Origin: a bacterium
Lineage (GTDB): Bacteria > RBG-13-61-14 > DATKZS01
Length of the DNA: 10,633 bases
Reading direction: 5' to 3'
Assembly (NCBI GenBank): GCA_046484135.1
Contig: JAWOBU010000201.1
Span: 1 to 10,633, forward strand
Made by a program: the position numbers and the translations under genes. The number at the start of each line of letters is the position of its first letter. Positions within the stretch are counted from its first letter, which is position 1. The notes under the pieces were generated by a model, which was not told where the DNA came from, ran no database searches, and saw only the letters and a list, made by a program, of their open reading frames with translations. Below, in pieces: positions 1-7,437 of the stretch.

Positions 1-222
1 GCAAATCCGGTCCCGCCCGGCCCTGTAACGCCTTTTTGGCACCCGATTTACGCTTTCAAAGAGCTTGTCCTGTTAATATTCCAGGAATCAATTGAAATGT
101 TACTCCCGACAACACCCCAAGTAATAATTTCACCGGCTAACTGAAGCCGATCCAGCCCCAAGAGGCTTGTGACTTTTTGCGAGGGCATCAAATATGTCGC
201 ACACCCCCATTGATATCGCGCC

Positions 223-251
223 TTGACTTGGAAAGAAGCTTTCCGTATTCT
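223..251 (+). promoter_or_regulatory. Sigma70-type promoter for the folP cluster
   Basis: TTGACT (223-228), a 17-nt spacer and TATTCT (246-251): 5/6 match to TTGACA and 4/6 to TATAAT with the key T-A...T kept. It lies in a lower-GC intergenic region about 50 nt upstream of the folP ATG. Predicted TSS near 257-258 is inference. Confidence 0.75.
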
Positions 252-299
252 GAAACATCGGAGTTTTATGGAAACCGGCAAGGCGAGGGGCTCCCCTGA

Positions 300-1511
300 A
301 TGACTATATGGAACCTACATTTAAGCAAGGCCGAAAGTTCCGGCGAGGCCCGGGCCCGGATGGAGCGCATTGGCGCGGACGAGCATGGTATATCCGCCAT
401 GCAGCCCAAGCTCTTATTCCATCCTTTGAAGCTCGAGTCAGTGCCCGCGGACTCCGCCGTTGAAATCAAGAAGGAGCTGGTGGGAATGGGCGGCGACGCG
501 GCAATCTCTCACGAGGCTTATGAGAAGAAGGCACCCACCACTGACGTGCTCATGATGGGAACGGCCGACCATTATGCGAACCTGGCCCGCCGGCTCCAGG
601 ACCGCGAGAACGGACTTTCCGAACTGTCCTCCGAGCTTTCCGCTCTCCTCTCCCGGATCGAACGCCAAAGCTTCCGGGTAAAGGCGGGCGAACACGTCCT
701 CTCACTGGGAGAGAAACCGGTGTTTATGGGCATTATAAACTGCACCCCCGACTCCTTTTATGACGGCGGAAAGTTCCATGATCCGGAGAAAGCGATCGCG
801 AGGGGGAGAGAGCTTATTTCCGAGGGCGCGGCCATACTGGACATAGGCGGCGAGAGCACCCGGCCGGGAGCGGAAGCCATACCCGCAGCGGAAGAGCTGG
901 ACCGGGTTCTGCCGGTCATCCGGGGTCTAGCCGGCAGCGGCGCCTTGATCTCCATTGACACCAGCAAGGCAGAGGTCGCAAGACAGGCGCTTAAGGCCGG
1001 CGCCGGCATGATCAACGACGTGTCCGCGCTGGCCGACCCGGACATGGCGGGGGTGGCAGCGGACAGCGGCGCCGCGGTGGTACTTATGCACATGCTGGGC
1101 ACTCCCCGCATCATGCAGAAGGACCCTTCTTACCGGGACCTCTTCGCCGAGATAATAGCCTACCTGGAGGGGCGAATGGAGAGTGCGGTAAAGGCCGGGG
1201 TTTCCGAAGACTCCCTCATAGTGGACCCCGGCATCGGCTTCGGAAAGACGGTGGCACATAACCTGGAGCTTTTGCGCGACCTGTGGAGACTCCGGTCATT
1301 GGGCCGGCCCATACTTCTCGGCGCTTCCAACAAGTCGTTTATAGGAAAGGTACTGGGCGTAGAAGCTGATGACAGGAGGGAGGGCACCGCGGCCGCCCTC
1401 ACCGCAGGGGTACTGTCGGGGGCCCATATTTTCCGGATCCACGAGGTGGCCTTCCACAAGAGGTTCGTGGAAATGGCCTGGGCGATTAAAAACGGAGAGC
1501 GCCGGAGCTGA
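300..1511 (+). CDS. folP: Dihydropteroate synthase, long form with ~125-aa N-terminal extension
   Basis: DHPS motifs [58 protein letters not shown] and RIHEV. SD-like GAGGGG at 285-290. Confidence 0.96.
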   Translation: MTIWNLHLSKAESSGEARARMERIGADEHGISAMQPKLLFHPLKLESVPADSAVEIKKELVGMGGDAAISHEAYEKKAPTTDVLMMGTADHYANLARRLQDRENGLSELSSELSALLSRIERQSFRVKAGEHVLSLGEKPVFMGIINCTPDSFYDGGKFHDPEKAIARGRELISEGAAILDIGGESTRPGAEAIPAAEELDRVLPVIRGLAGSGALISIDTSKAEVARQALKAGAGMINDVSALADPDMAGVAADSGAAVVLMHMLGTPRIMQKDPSYRDLFAEIIAYLEGRMESAVKAGVSEDSLIVDPGIGFGKTVAHNLELLRDLWRLRSLGRPILLGASNKSFIGKVLGVEADDRREGTAAALTAGVLSGAHIFRIHEVAFHKRFVEMAWAIKNGERRS

Positions 1512-1554
1512 TTACCGGCTTATAACTTACAGGCAAGAAAGAAGGGAACAAATC

Positions 1555-2904
1555 ATGGGGAGGCTGTTCGGGACTGACGGGGTAAGAGGTGTAGCCAACA
1601 TCCATCCTTTGACATCGGAGATGGCCATCCAGATCGGGCGGGCCACCGCCTACATCTGCAAGAACTCGAAGAGGAGGCACCGCATCCTGCTCGGCAAGGA
1701 CACCCGCCTGTCCGGCTATATGCTGGAGCAGGCACTGGCGTCCGGTATCTGCTCCATGGGAGTGGACGTGCTGCTGGTGGGGCCGTTGCCTACGCCGGCC
1801 ATCGCCTTTCTGACCACCAGCATGCGGGCGGACGCCGGCATAATGATCTCCGCTTCCCATAACCCGTTCGAGGACAACGGCATCAAGATATTCTCCTCCA
1901 ACGGGTTCAAGCTGCCGGACGCGGACGAAGACCGGATCGAAGACCTGATCTTCTCCGGAAAGCTGGACCAGCTCCGGCCCACCGCCGGCGAGATCGGGAA
2001 AGCCACGCGGGTGGACGACGCAGGCGGCAGATACATCGTCCATTGCAAGAACACCTTTCCGGACAAGTACACCCTGGACGGAATAAGAATAGTGCTCGAC
2101 TGCGCCCACGGTGCCGCTTACAAGGTGGCCCCCGTCATCTTCCGGGAGCTCGGAGCCGAGGTCATGGCCATCGGGGACGACCCCAACGGCGAGAACATAA
2201 ACCTGGACTGCGGCGCCCTGTACCCGGAGGCGCTCAGCAAGGAGGTGGTACGGCAGAAGGCCGACCTGGGGGTCGCTTTTGACGGCGACTCTGACCGGGC
2301 CATATTCGTGGACGAGAACGGCGGGGTCATTGACGGGGACGCCATCATGGCCATCTGCGGTCTCGAGCTGTTGAAAGCGCGCAAGCTCAAGAAAAAGACG
2401 CTGGTGGCCACCACCATGAGCAACGTGGGCCTCGAGCTCCTTCTCAAGGAACAGGGGGCCAGGATCGTCCGGGCCGGGGTGGGAGACCGGTACGTGGTGG
2501 AAGAGATGTTAAAGCGCGGCTGCAACTTCGGCGGAGAGCAGTCCGGCCACCTGGTGTTCATGGACTACAGCACCACCGGCGACGGCATCATCTCCGCGCT
2601 CCAGGTGCTCTCCGTCATGTTGAGCTCCGAGAAGAAGCTCTCCGAGCTTTCCATGATCTTGAAACGGATGCCCCAGACCCTGGTCAACGTGGACGTGAAA
2701 GAAAAACCCGACCTGCACGAGATAGCGTCGGTGTCCAAGGCCATAGACCAGGCCGAGAAGAAGCTCAAGGATAAGGGCAGGGTGCTGGTGCGTTATTCCG
2801 GGACCCAGATGATGGCCCGGGTCATGGTGGAAGGACCTTCCCGGAAGGAGATAGACAAGATAGCAAAGGAAATCTCCGGGCTCATTAAACAAGAGATCGG
2901 CTAA
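1555..2904 (+). CDS. glmM: Phosphoglucosamine mutase (449 aa)
   Basis: Motifs [24 protein letters not shown], catalytic-serine ISASHNP, metal loop DGDSDR and GGEQSGH. Start moved from 1369 to ATG 1555, which gives the family N-terminus and has AAGGGA at 1542-1547. Confidence 0.97.
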   Translation: MGRLFGTDGVRGVANIHPLTSEMAIQIGRATAYICKNSKRRHRILLGKDTRLSGYMLEQALASGICSMGVDVLLVGPLPTPAIAFLTTSMRADAGIMISASHNPFEDNGIKIFSSNGFKLPDADEDRIEDLIFSGKLDQLRPTAGEIGKATRVDDAGGRYIVHCKNTFPDKYTLDGIRIVLDCAHGAAYKVAPVIFRELGAEVMAIGDDPNGENINLDCGALYPEALSKEVVRQKADLGVAFDGDSDRAIFVDENGGVIDGDAIMAICGLELLKARKLKKKTLVATTMSNVGLELLLKEQGARIVRAGVGDRYVVEEMLKRGCNFGGEQSGHLVFMDYSTTGDGIISALQVLSVMLSSEKKLSELSMILKRMPQTLVNVDVKEKPDLHEIASVSKAIDQAEKKLKDKGRVLVRYSGTQMMARVMVEGPSRKEIDKIAKEISGLIKQEIG

Positions 2905-2936
2905 GCTTCTTTGAAGCGATCAGAAGGAGGATGAAA

Positions 2937-3665
2937 GTGCCGCCTCGACTGGGAGTAAACATTGATCACGTGGCCACCCTGCGGCAGGCCCGCGGGAACG
3001 TGCCCTATCCCGACCCGGTAGCGGCCGCAGTGCTTGCCGGCCTGGCGGGGGCCGACCAGATCACCGTCCATCTCCGGGAGGATCGCCGCCACATTCAGGA
3101 CCGGGACGTCAAGATGTTAAAGGACGTGGTCCAGACCCGGTTGAACCTCGAGATGGCCAACGTGCCCGAGATGGTCAAGGTGGCCATGTACCTGAAACCA
3201 TACAGCGTGTGCCTGGTGCCGGAACGCCGCGAAGAGGTCACCACCGAAGGCGGACTGGACGTAAACCTGCATCTTGCCGCCATCAAGAAAACCGTGGGCA
3301 TGTTACAGGAAGCGGAAATACTGGTGAGCCTCTTTATAGACCCCGACGTGGACCAGGTCCGCGCATCACACAAGGCTGGCGCGGACGCAGTGGAAATCCA
3401 CACCGGCAGGTACTGCGACTCCATGAACGAGGCCCAACAGGACCGGGAGTTCCAGTCCATCCTGAACGCGTGCAAGGGGGCCAAGAAACTGGGACTGCGC
3501 GTCCACGCCGGGCACGGGCTCCACTATCACAACACCGCCAGGCTCACCGCCATCCAGGAGATAGAAGAGTACAACATAGGCCACGCCATAATCGCGCGCG
3601 CCGTGCTGGTGGGAATGGACCGGGCGGTGCGCGAGATGAAGGCCATTATTACGGGAAGAGCATGA
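2937..3665 (+). CDS. pdxJ: Pyridoxine 5'-phosphate synthase
   Basis: Motifs [60 protein letters not shown] and NIGHAII. The SD AAGGAGG (2924-2930) abuts ATG 2931 with no spacer, so the in-frame GTG at 2937 (6-nt spacer) is the likelier start; 2931 is the alternative. Confidence 0.96.
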   Translation: MPPRLGVNIDHVATLRQARGNVPYPDPVAAAVLAGLAGADQITVHLREDRRHIQDRDVKMLKDVVQTRLNLEMANVPEMVKVAMYLKPYSVCLVPERREEVTTEGGLDVNLHLAAIKKTVGMLQEAEILVSLFIDPDVDQVRASHKAGADAVEIHTGRYCDSMNEAQQDREFQSILNACKGAKKLGLRVHAGHGLHYHNTARLTAIQEIEEYNIGHAIIARAVLVGMDRAVREMKAIITGRA

Positions 3666-4048
3666 TAAAGGGAACGGGAATAGACCTGGCCGACGTTGAC
3701 CGCGTCGGAGCCATGATCAAAAGGTTCGGGAACCGCTTTACCCGCCGCGTGTTTACCCCGGCGGAAATAAGCTACTGCGAAGGAAGGAAAGAGCCCGCCT
3801 ACTCCTACGCCGCCCGGTTCGCTGCCAAGGAAGCCGCGATGAAGGCCCTGGGAAAAGGATGGGGAAGCGGGGTCAGGTTCAAACAGATCGAGGTGGTGGC
3901 CGGCAGAACGCCTTCCCTCTTACTCCACGGGGAGGCGGAGAAAGAGGCCCGCCGGCAGGGAGTGGGCAGGCTCCACCTCTCCCTCACCCACGAGAAAGGA
4001 CTGGCCGCGGCAGTGGCGGTGGCTGAAGACAACAAGAGCGGAGAATGA
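3662..4048 (+). CDS. acpS: Holo-[acyl-carrier-protein] synthase (128 aa)
   Basis: [34 protein letters not shown] and HLSLTHE are the AcpS signature. ATG 3662 overlaps the pdxJ stop (ATGA). The track's extension to 3209 is just an open frame within pdxJ. Confidence 0.95.
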   Translation: MIKGTGIDLADVDRVGAMIKRFGNRFTRRVFTPAEISYCEGRKEPAYSYAARFAAKEAAMKALGKGWGSGVRFKQIEVVAGRTPSLLLHGEAEKEARRQGVGRLHLSLTHEKGLAAAVAVAEDNKSGE

Positions 4049-5619
4049 AAATGGAATGGATTTCCGACAAAGTCGTGACCGCGGACATGATGCGGGAGAT
4101 GGACCGGAAAACCATCCACGAGTACGGCATACCCGGGATCGTGCTCATGGAGAACGCCGGTAGGGGGGCCTTCGACTTTATAACGGACGAGTTCAATCCC
4201 CGAAAAGTTGCCGTGTTCGCGGGGAAGGGAAACAACGGCGGCGACGGATACGTCATAGCCCGGCATCTTCTGAACTCCGGCATTAACGTCCTGACCTTTG
4301 TCCTGGCCAGTAAAAAGGACATAAAAGGCGACGCTAAAACCAACCTCGACGCCCTGGAAAACATGGGCGCGTCGGTGGTCGAGGCTATAGACTTCGCCGT
4401 GCTCGAGGACAACCGCTATCGCATCCAAAAGTGTGACCTCCTGGTGGACGCCATCCTCGGCACCGGCATCCAGAAGGAGGTCTCCGGCTATTACCGTGAA
4501 GCCATCGAGTTCATAAACGGCATGGCTGAAAATTATTCCATGAACGTGTTCTCCGTGGACCTTCCCTCCGGCCTGAACGCGGACACCGGCCAGGTCATGG
4601 GAGTGTGCGTAAAAGCAGATGCCAGCGCCACCTTTGGAGCATTGAAAACCGGACAGCTCTCATTCCCGGGTGCGGCGCTCACGGGAAGCCTGGTCCTGGT
4701 GGACATCTCCATGCCCCGCGAGCTGTACAGTGACGTTCCCTATAAGATAGTTACCGAACAGGCGGCCCGTGAGCTCATGCCGGCCCGATTCGAGGATTGC
4801 CACAAGGGAGACGTCGGGCGCGGCCTGGTACTGGCCGGGTCTCCCGGTAAAACCGGAGCCGCGATCATGGCCGCGGAGAGCGCCCAGCGCACCGGCGCCG
4901 GGCTTATCACCCTGGCGGGCCCCGCCGGTCTTCACACTGTATTCGAGAGCCGGACCCTGGAGGTCATGACCGAGCCTCTGCCGGACCAGGACCGGGGAAT
5001 GCTGGGAGAAGAATCACTGCACCGGGCGCTGGAGCTGGCGGAAAAAAAGAACGCAGTGGCGCTCGGGCCCGGGATAGGCCGGGCCCCGGAGGTTACCGCT
5101 TTTGTAAAGGAAATGATAAAGAAAAGCCCGGTTCCCCTGGTCATTGACGCGGACGGCTTGAACGCCGTGGCCGATGAACCACAGATGCTGACCGAGGCCG
5201 GGTCGGATATCATCCTCACTCCCCATCCCGGAGAGATGGCGCGGCTGACGGGCACGGACACAGGGTCGGTTCTGGCGGACCGCTTCGGCGTCTGTACGAA
5301 GTTCGCAGACCGCTACAAAGCGGTGGTGGTCCTGAAAGGCGCCCATTCCCTGATAGGTGTGCCGGATGGAAGAGCCCGGATAAACATTACCGGAAACCCC
5401 GGCATGGCCAGCGGAGGGACCGGCGACGTTTTGACCGGGATCATCCTGGGGCTTCTCTGCCAGGGACTGGACCCCGAGGAAGCCGCGGTGCTGGGGACCT
5501 GGCTGCACGGGAAAGCAGGAGACATAGCGGCCCGCGAGCTCGGCGAACACGGGCTTATTGCGCGCGACCTCATGGACAAACTCCCGGCGGCTTTCTCGAG
5601 TCTGAACGTGCAAAAGTGA
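4045..5619 (+). CDS. nnr: Bifunctional NAD(P)H-hydrate epimerase/dehydratase (YjeF; NnrE-NnrD fusion)
   Basis: Epimerase motifs LMENAG, GKGNNGGDG, DAILGTG and VDLPSG; dehydratase motifs HKG, LGPGIG, VIDADGLN, LTPHPGEMARL, VLKG and GMASGGTGDVLTG. ATGA overlap with acpS; ATG 4051 is an alternative start (GGAG 7 nt upstream). Confidence 0.96.
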   Translation: MKMEWISDKVVTADMMREMDRKTIHEYGIPGIVLMENAGRGAFDFITDEFNPRKVAVFAGKGNNGGDGYVIARHLLNSGINVLTFVLASKKDIKGDAKTNLDALENMGASVVEAIDFAVLEDNRYRIQKCDLLVDAILGTGIQKEVSGYYREAIEFINGMAENYSMNVFSVDLPSGLNADTGQVMGVCVKADASATFGALKTGQLSFPGAALTGSLVLVDISMPRELYSDVPYKIVTEQAARELMPARFEDCHKGDVGRGLVLAGSPGKTGAAIMAAESAQRTGAGLITLAGPAGLHTVFESRTLEVMTEPLPDQDRGMLGEESLHRALELAEKKNAVALGPGIGRAPEVTAFVKEMIKKSPVPLVIDADGLNAVADEPQMLTEAGSDIILTPHPGEMARLTGTDTGSVLADRFGVCTKFADRYKAVVVLKGAHSLIGVPDGRARINITGNPGMASGGTGDVLTGIILGLLCQGLDPEEAAVLGTWLHGKAGDIAARELGEHGLIARDLMDKLPAAFSSLNVQK

Positions 5620-6113
5620 ACAGTGAAGCGCAAAAGCTGCAGACCGACTCGGCGGATTCCACTAGGGAGCTGGCCGTCCGGCTGGCGTCCGGACTGGTCC
5701 CCGGCGACGTGGTGGCGCTTTCAGGAGAGCTGGGCGCGGGAAAGACGGTGTTCGTACAGGGGATAGCTCAGGGGCTGGGAGTGGAAGAGGAGTTTTTGGT
5801 AACCAGCCCCACTTTTGTTATCCTTCATGAGTACCCCGGCAGGATGCCGCTCTATCACTTCGACTTTTATCGCCTGAAGAGCAGACAAGAGGCGGAAGGG
5901 GTCGGTTACGAGGACTACTTTGAAGCGGAGGGCGTGTGCGCGGTCGAGTGGGCGCAGCGGTTTCCGGAAATCTTTTCCGCCCGGACCCTGTGGGTGAGGA
6001 TGGAGATAAAAAGCGAAACAAAGCGACTGATCGAGCTTATACCGGGACCGGACATGAAGGACCCGTCCCGGATAGAAAAAGCGGTCTTGGACCGGAACAC
6101 GGAGGTTGTCTGA
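5616..6113 (+). CDS. tsaE: tRNA threonylcarbamoyladenosine biosynthesis ATPase TsaE (YjeE)
   Basis: Walker A GELGAGKT, VTSPTF, HFDFYRL and VEW motifs. The GTG start overlaps the nnr stop (GTGA). Confidence 0.95.
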   Translation: MNSEAQKLQTDSADSTRELAVRLASGLVPGDVVALSGELGAGKTVFVQGIAQGLGVEEEFLVTSPTFVILHEYPGRMPLYHFDFYRLKSRQEAEGVGYEDYFEAEGVCAVEWAQRFPEIFSARTLWVRMEIKSETKRLIELIPGPDMKDPSRIEKAVLDRNTEVV

Positions 6114-6114
6114 T

Positions 6115-7425
6115 TTGGCGCTGGTTGTGCAAAAGTACGGCGGAAGCTCGCTTGCCACGGTGGACCTTATAAAGAAGGTGGCATCCAAGGCCTTGGCCCG
6201 GCACAAAAAAGGAGACCGGGTCGTGGTGGTGGCCTCGGCTATGAAAGGGGAAACCGACGGTCTGATCAAAAAGGCGCTCGATATAACCGACCTGCCCGAC
6301 CTCAGGGAGTATGACTCCATGGTGTCCACCGGCGAGCAGGTCAGCACCGCGCTCCTGGCCATCGCCATAAATGCCATGGGAGGAAAGGCCAGGTCCATGC
6401 TCAGCTTCCAGCTTCCCCTTTGCACCGACAGCTCCTTCAAGGACGCCCGCATCGAGAAAATCGAGACCGGAAGAATAAAGAAGCTCCTTGATGAAGGACA
6501 CATAGTAGTAGTGGCCGGTTTTCAGGGAGTGGACGCAGATAATAACATAACCACCCTGGGAAGGGGCGGATCGGACACCAGCGCGGTGGCGCTGGCCGCG
6601 GCACTTCAGGCCGACGTGATCGAGATATGCTCGGACGTGGACGGTATCTATACCACCGATCCCGGTATAGTGGAAAATGCCCGCCGGCTCGACCGGATAA
6701 GCTATGAAGAAGTGCTCGAGCTATCCAGCTTGGGAGCAAAGGTGTTGCAGATAAGGGCGGTGGAGATGGCCATGAAGAACGAGATACCTGTTCTGTGCCT
6801 GTCCACCTTCAGCCCTACCGGAGGGACTCTGGTAACCAAGGGAGACGAACAAATGGAACAGATTGTGGTATCGGGTGTGGCGCTGGACAAAGACGAGTGC
6901 AAGGTAACAATCCAGAACGTGCCGGACAGGCCGGGAGTGGCCGCCAATGTCTTCAAGCCGCTTTCCGACGCCAACATCTCGGTGGACATGATCATCCAGA
7001 ACGTAAGCGAGGCCGGCTATACCGACATATCCTTTACCGTGAGAAAGGAAGACCTGCCCCGAGCCAGGGAGCTGGCCAAAGAGGCCTCCCGAAAGCTCGA
7101 AGCCGAGGGAGTGGTTACGGACGACAAGGTGGTAAAGGTAAGCGTGGTAGGCCTCGGAATGCGCTCCCACGCAGGTGTGGCCTCCCGAATGTTCGAGGCC
7201 CTCTCCGCGGGAAACGTGAACATACAGATGATCTCGACATCAGAGATCAAGGTCTCCTGCGTGGTTGACAAAAAGTATGGAGAGCTGGCTGTAAGGCTCT
7301 TGCACGACGAGTTCGAGCTGCATAAAAAAAGCGGCGGAAAGAAGTCCTCCAAAAAGACTGCGGGAAAGACAGGCAGCAGTAAAAAGAAGACCGCCAAAAA
7401 GGCCTCCGCCTCTAAGAAGAAGTAA
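6115..7425 (+). CDS. lysC: Aspartate kinase (monofunctional, two ACT domains; alpha subunit)
   Basis: MALVVQKYGGSS, STGEQ, VAGFQG, TTLGRGGSDTSAVALAAAL, DVDGIYTTDP; ACT motifs VPDRPGVAA and VSVVGLGMRSHAGVA; ISTSEIKVS. TTG 6115 with GGAGG at 6101-6105 gives the canonical N-terminus. Confidence 0.96.
   Translation: MALVVQKYGGSSLATVDLIKKVASKALARHKKGDRVVVVASAMKGETDGLIKKALDITDLPDLREYDSMVSTGEQVSTALLAIAINAMGGKARSMLSFQLPLCTDSSFKDARIEKIETGRIKKLLDEGHIVVVAGFQGVDADNNITTLGRGGSDTSAVALAAALQADVIEICSDVDGIYTTDPGIVENARRLDRISYEEVLELSSLGAKVLQIRAVEMAMKNEIPVLCLSTFSPTGGTLVTKGDEQMEQIVVSGVALDKDECKVTIQNVPDRPGVAANVFKPLSDANISVDMIIQNVSEAGYTDISFTVRKEDLPRARELAKEASRKLEAEGVVTDDKVVKVSVVGLGMRSHAGVASRMFEALSAGNVNIQMISTSEIKVSCVVDKKYGELAVRLLHDEFELHKKSGGKKSSKKTAGKTGSSKKKTAKKASASKKK
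6853..7425 (+). CDS. lysC: Predicted aspartate kinase beta (regulatory) subunit from an in-frame internal start (190 aa)
   Basis: In-frame ATG at codon 247, exactly at the kinase/ACT boundary (MEQIVVSGVA), preceded by AAGGGAG at 6838-6844. This matches the alpha2beta2 arrangement of Bacillus subtilis AKII and Corynebacterium LysC. Confidence 0.6.
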   Translation: MEQIVVSGVALDKDECKVTIQNVPDRPGVAANVFKPLSDANISVDMIIQNVSEAGYTDISFTVRKEDLPRARELAKEASRKLEAEGVVTDDKVVKVSVVGLGMRSHAGVASRMFEALSAGNVNIQMISTSEIKVSCVVDKKYGELAVRLLHDEFELHKKSGGKKSSKKTAGKTGSSKKKTAKKASASKKK

Positions 7426-7437
7426 GGGAAAAACAAC

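Noticed and set aside
37..51. TGGCACCCGATTTAC, resembling a sigma54 -24/-12 promoter
   Set aside because: The -24 element is good, but the near-invariant GC at -12 reads AC, and a better sigma70 promoter lies closer to folP.
1..144. Open + frames at the left edge (frame 1 to 144, frame 2 to 28) as a possible end of an upstream gene
   Set aside because: Too short to recognise and no family features; cannot be supported without flanking sequence.
48..281. 77-aa minus-strand ORF
   Set aside because: No recognisable motif, atypical codon usage, and it overlaps the promoter region.
1501..1526. GCCGG/CCGGC hairpin followed by TTATAAC, as a terminator or internal -10
   Set aside because: Only a 5-bp stem with a 9-nt loop, no U-tract, and no matching -35.
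1369..1554. 62-codon N-terminal extension of glmM in the ORF track
   Set aside because: It overlaps folP out of frame; the family N-terminus and the SD both point to ATG 1555.
2905..2926. Alternative short pairings GCTTC/GAAGC and CTTCT/AGAAG next to the pdxJ SD, as a possible RNA switch
   Set aside because: Both stems are 5 bp and within the footprint of a ribosome terminating on glmM; too weak to call.
3209..3661. 151-codon upstream extension of acpS overlapping pdxJ
   Set aside because: Arg/Pro/Gly-rich off-frame translation typical of GC-rich coding DNA; AcpS homology starts at 3662.
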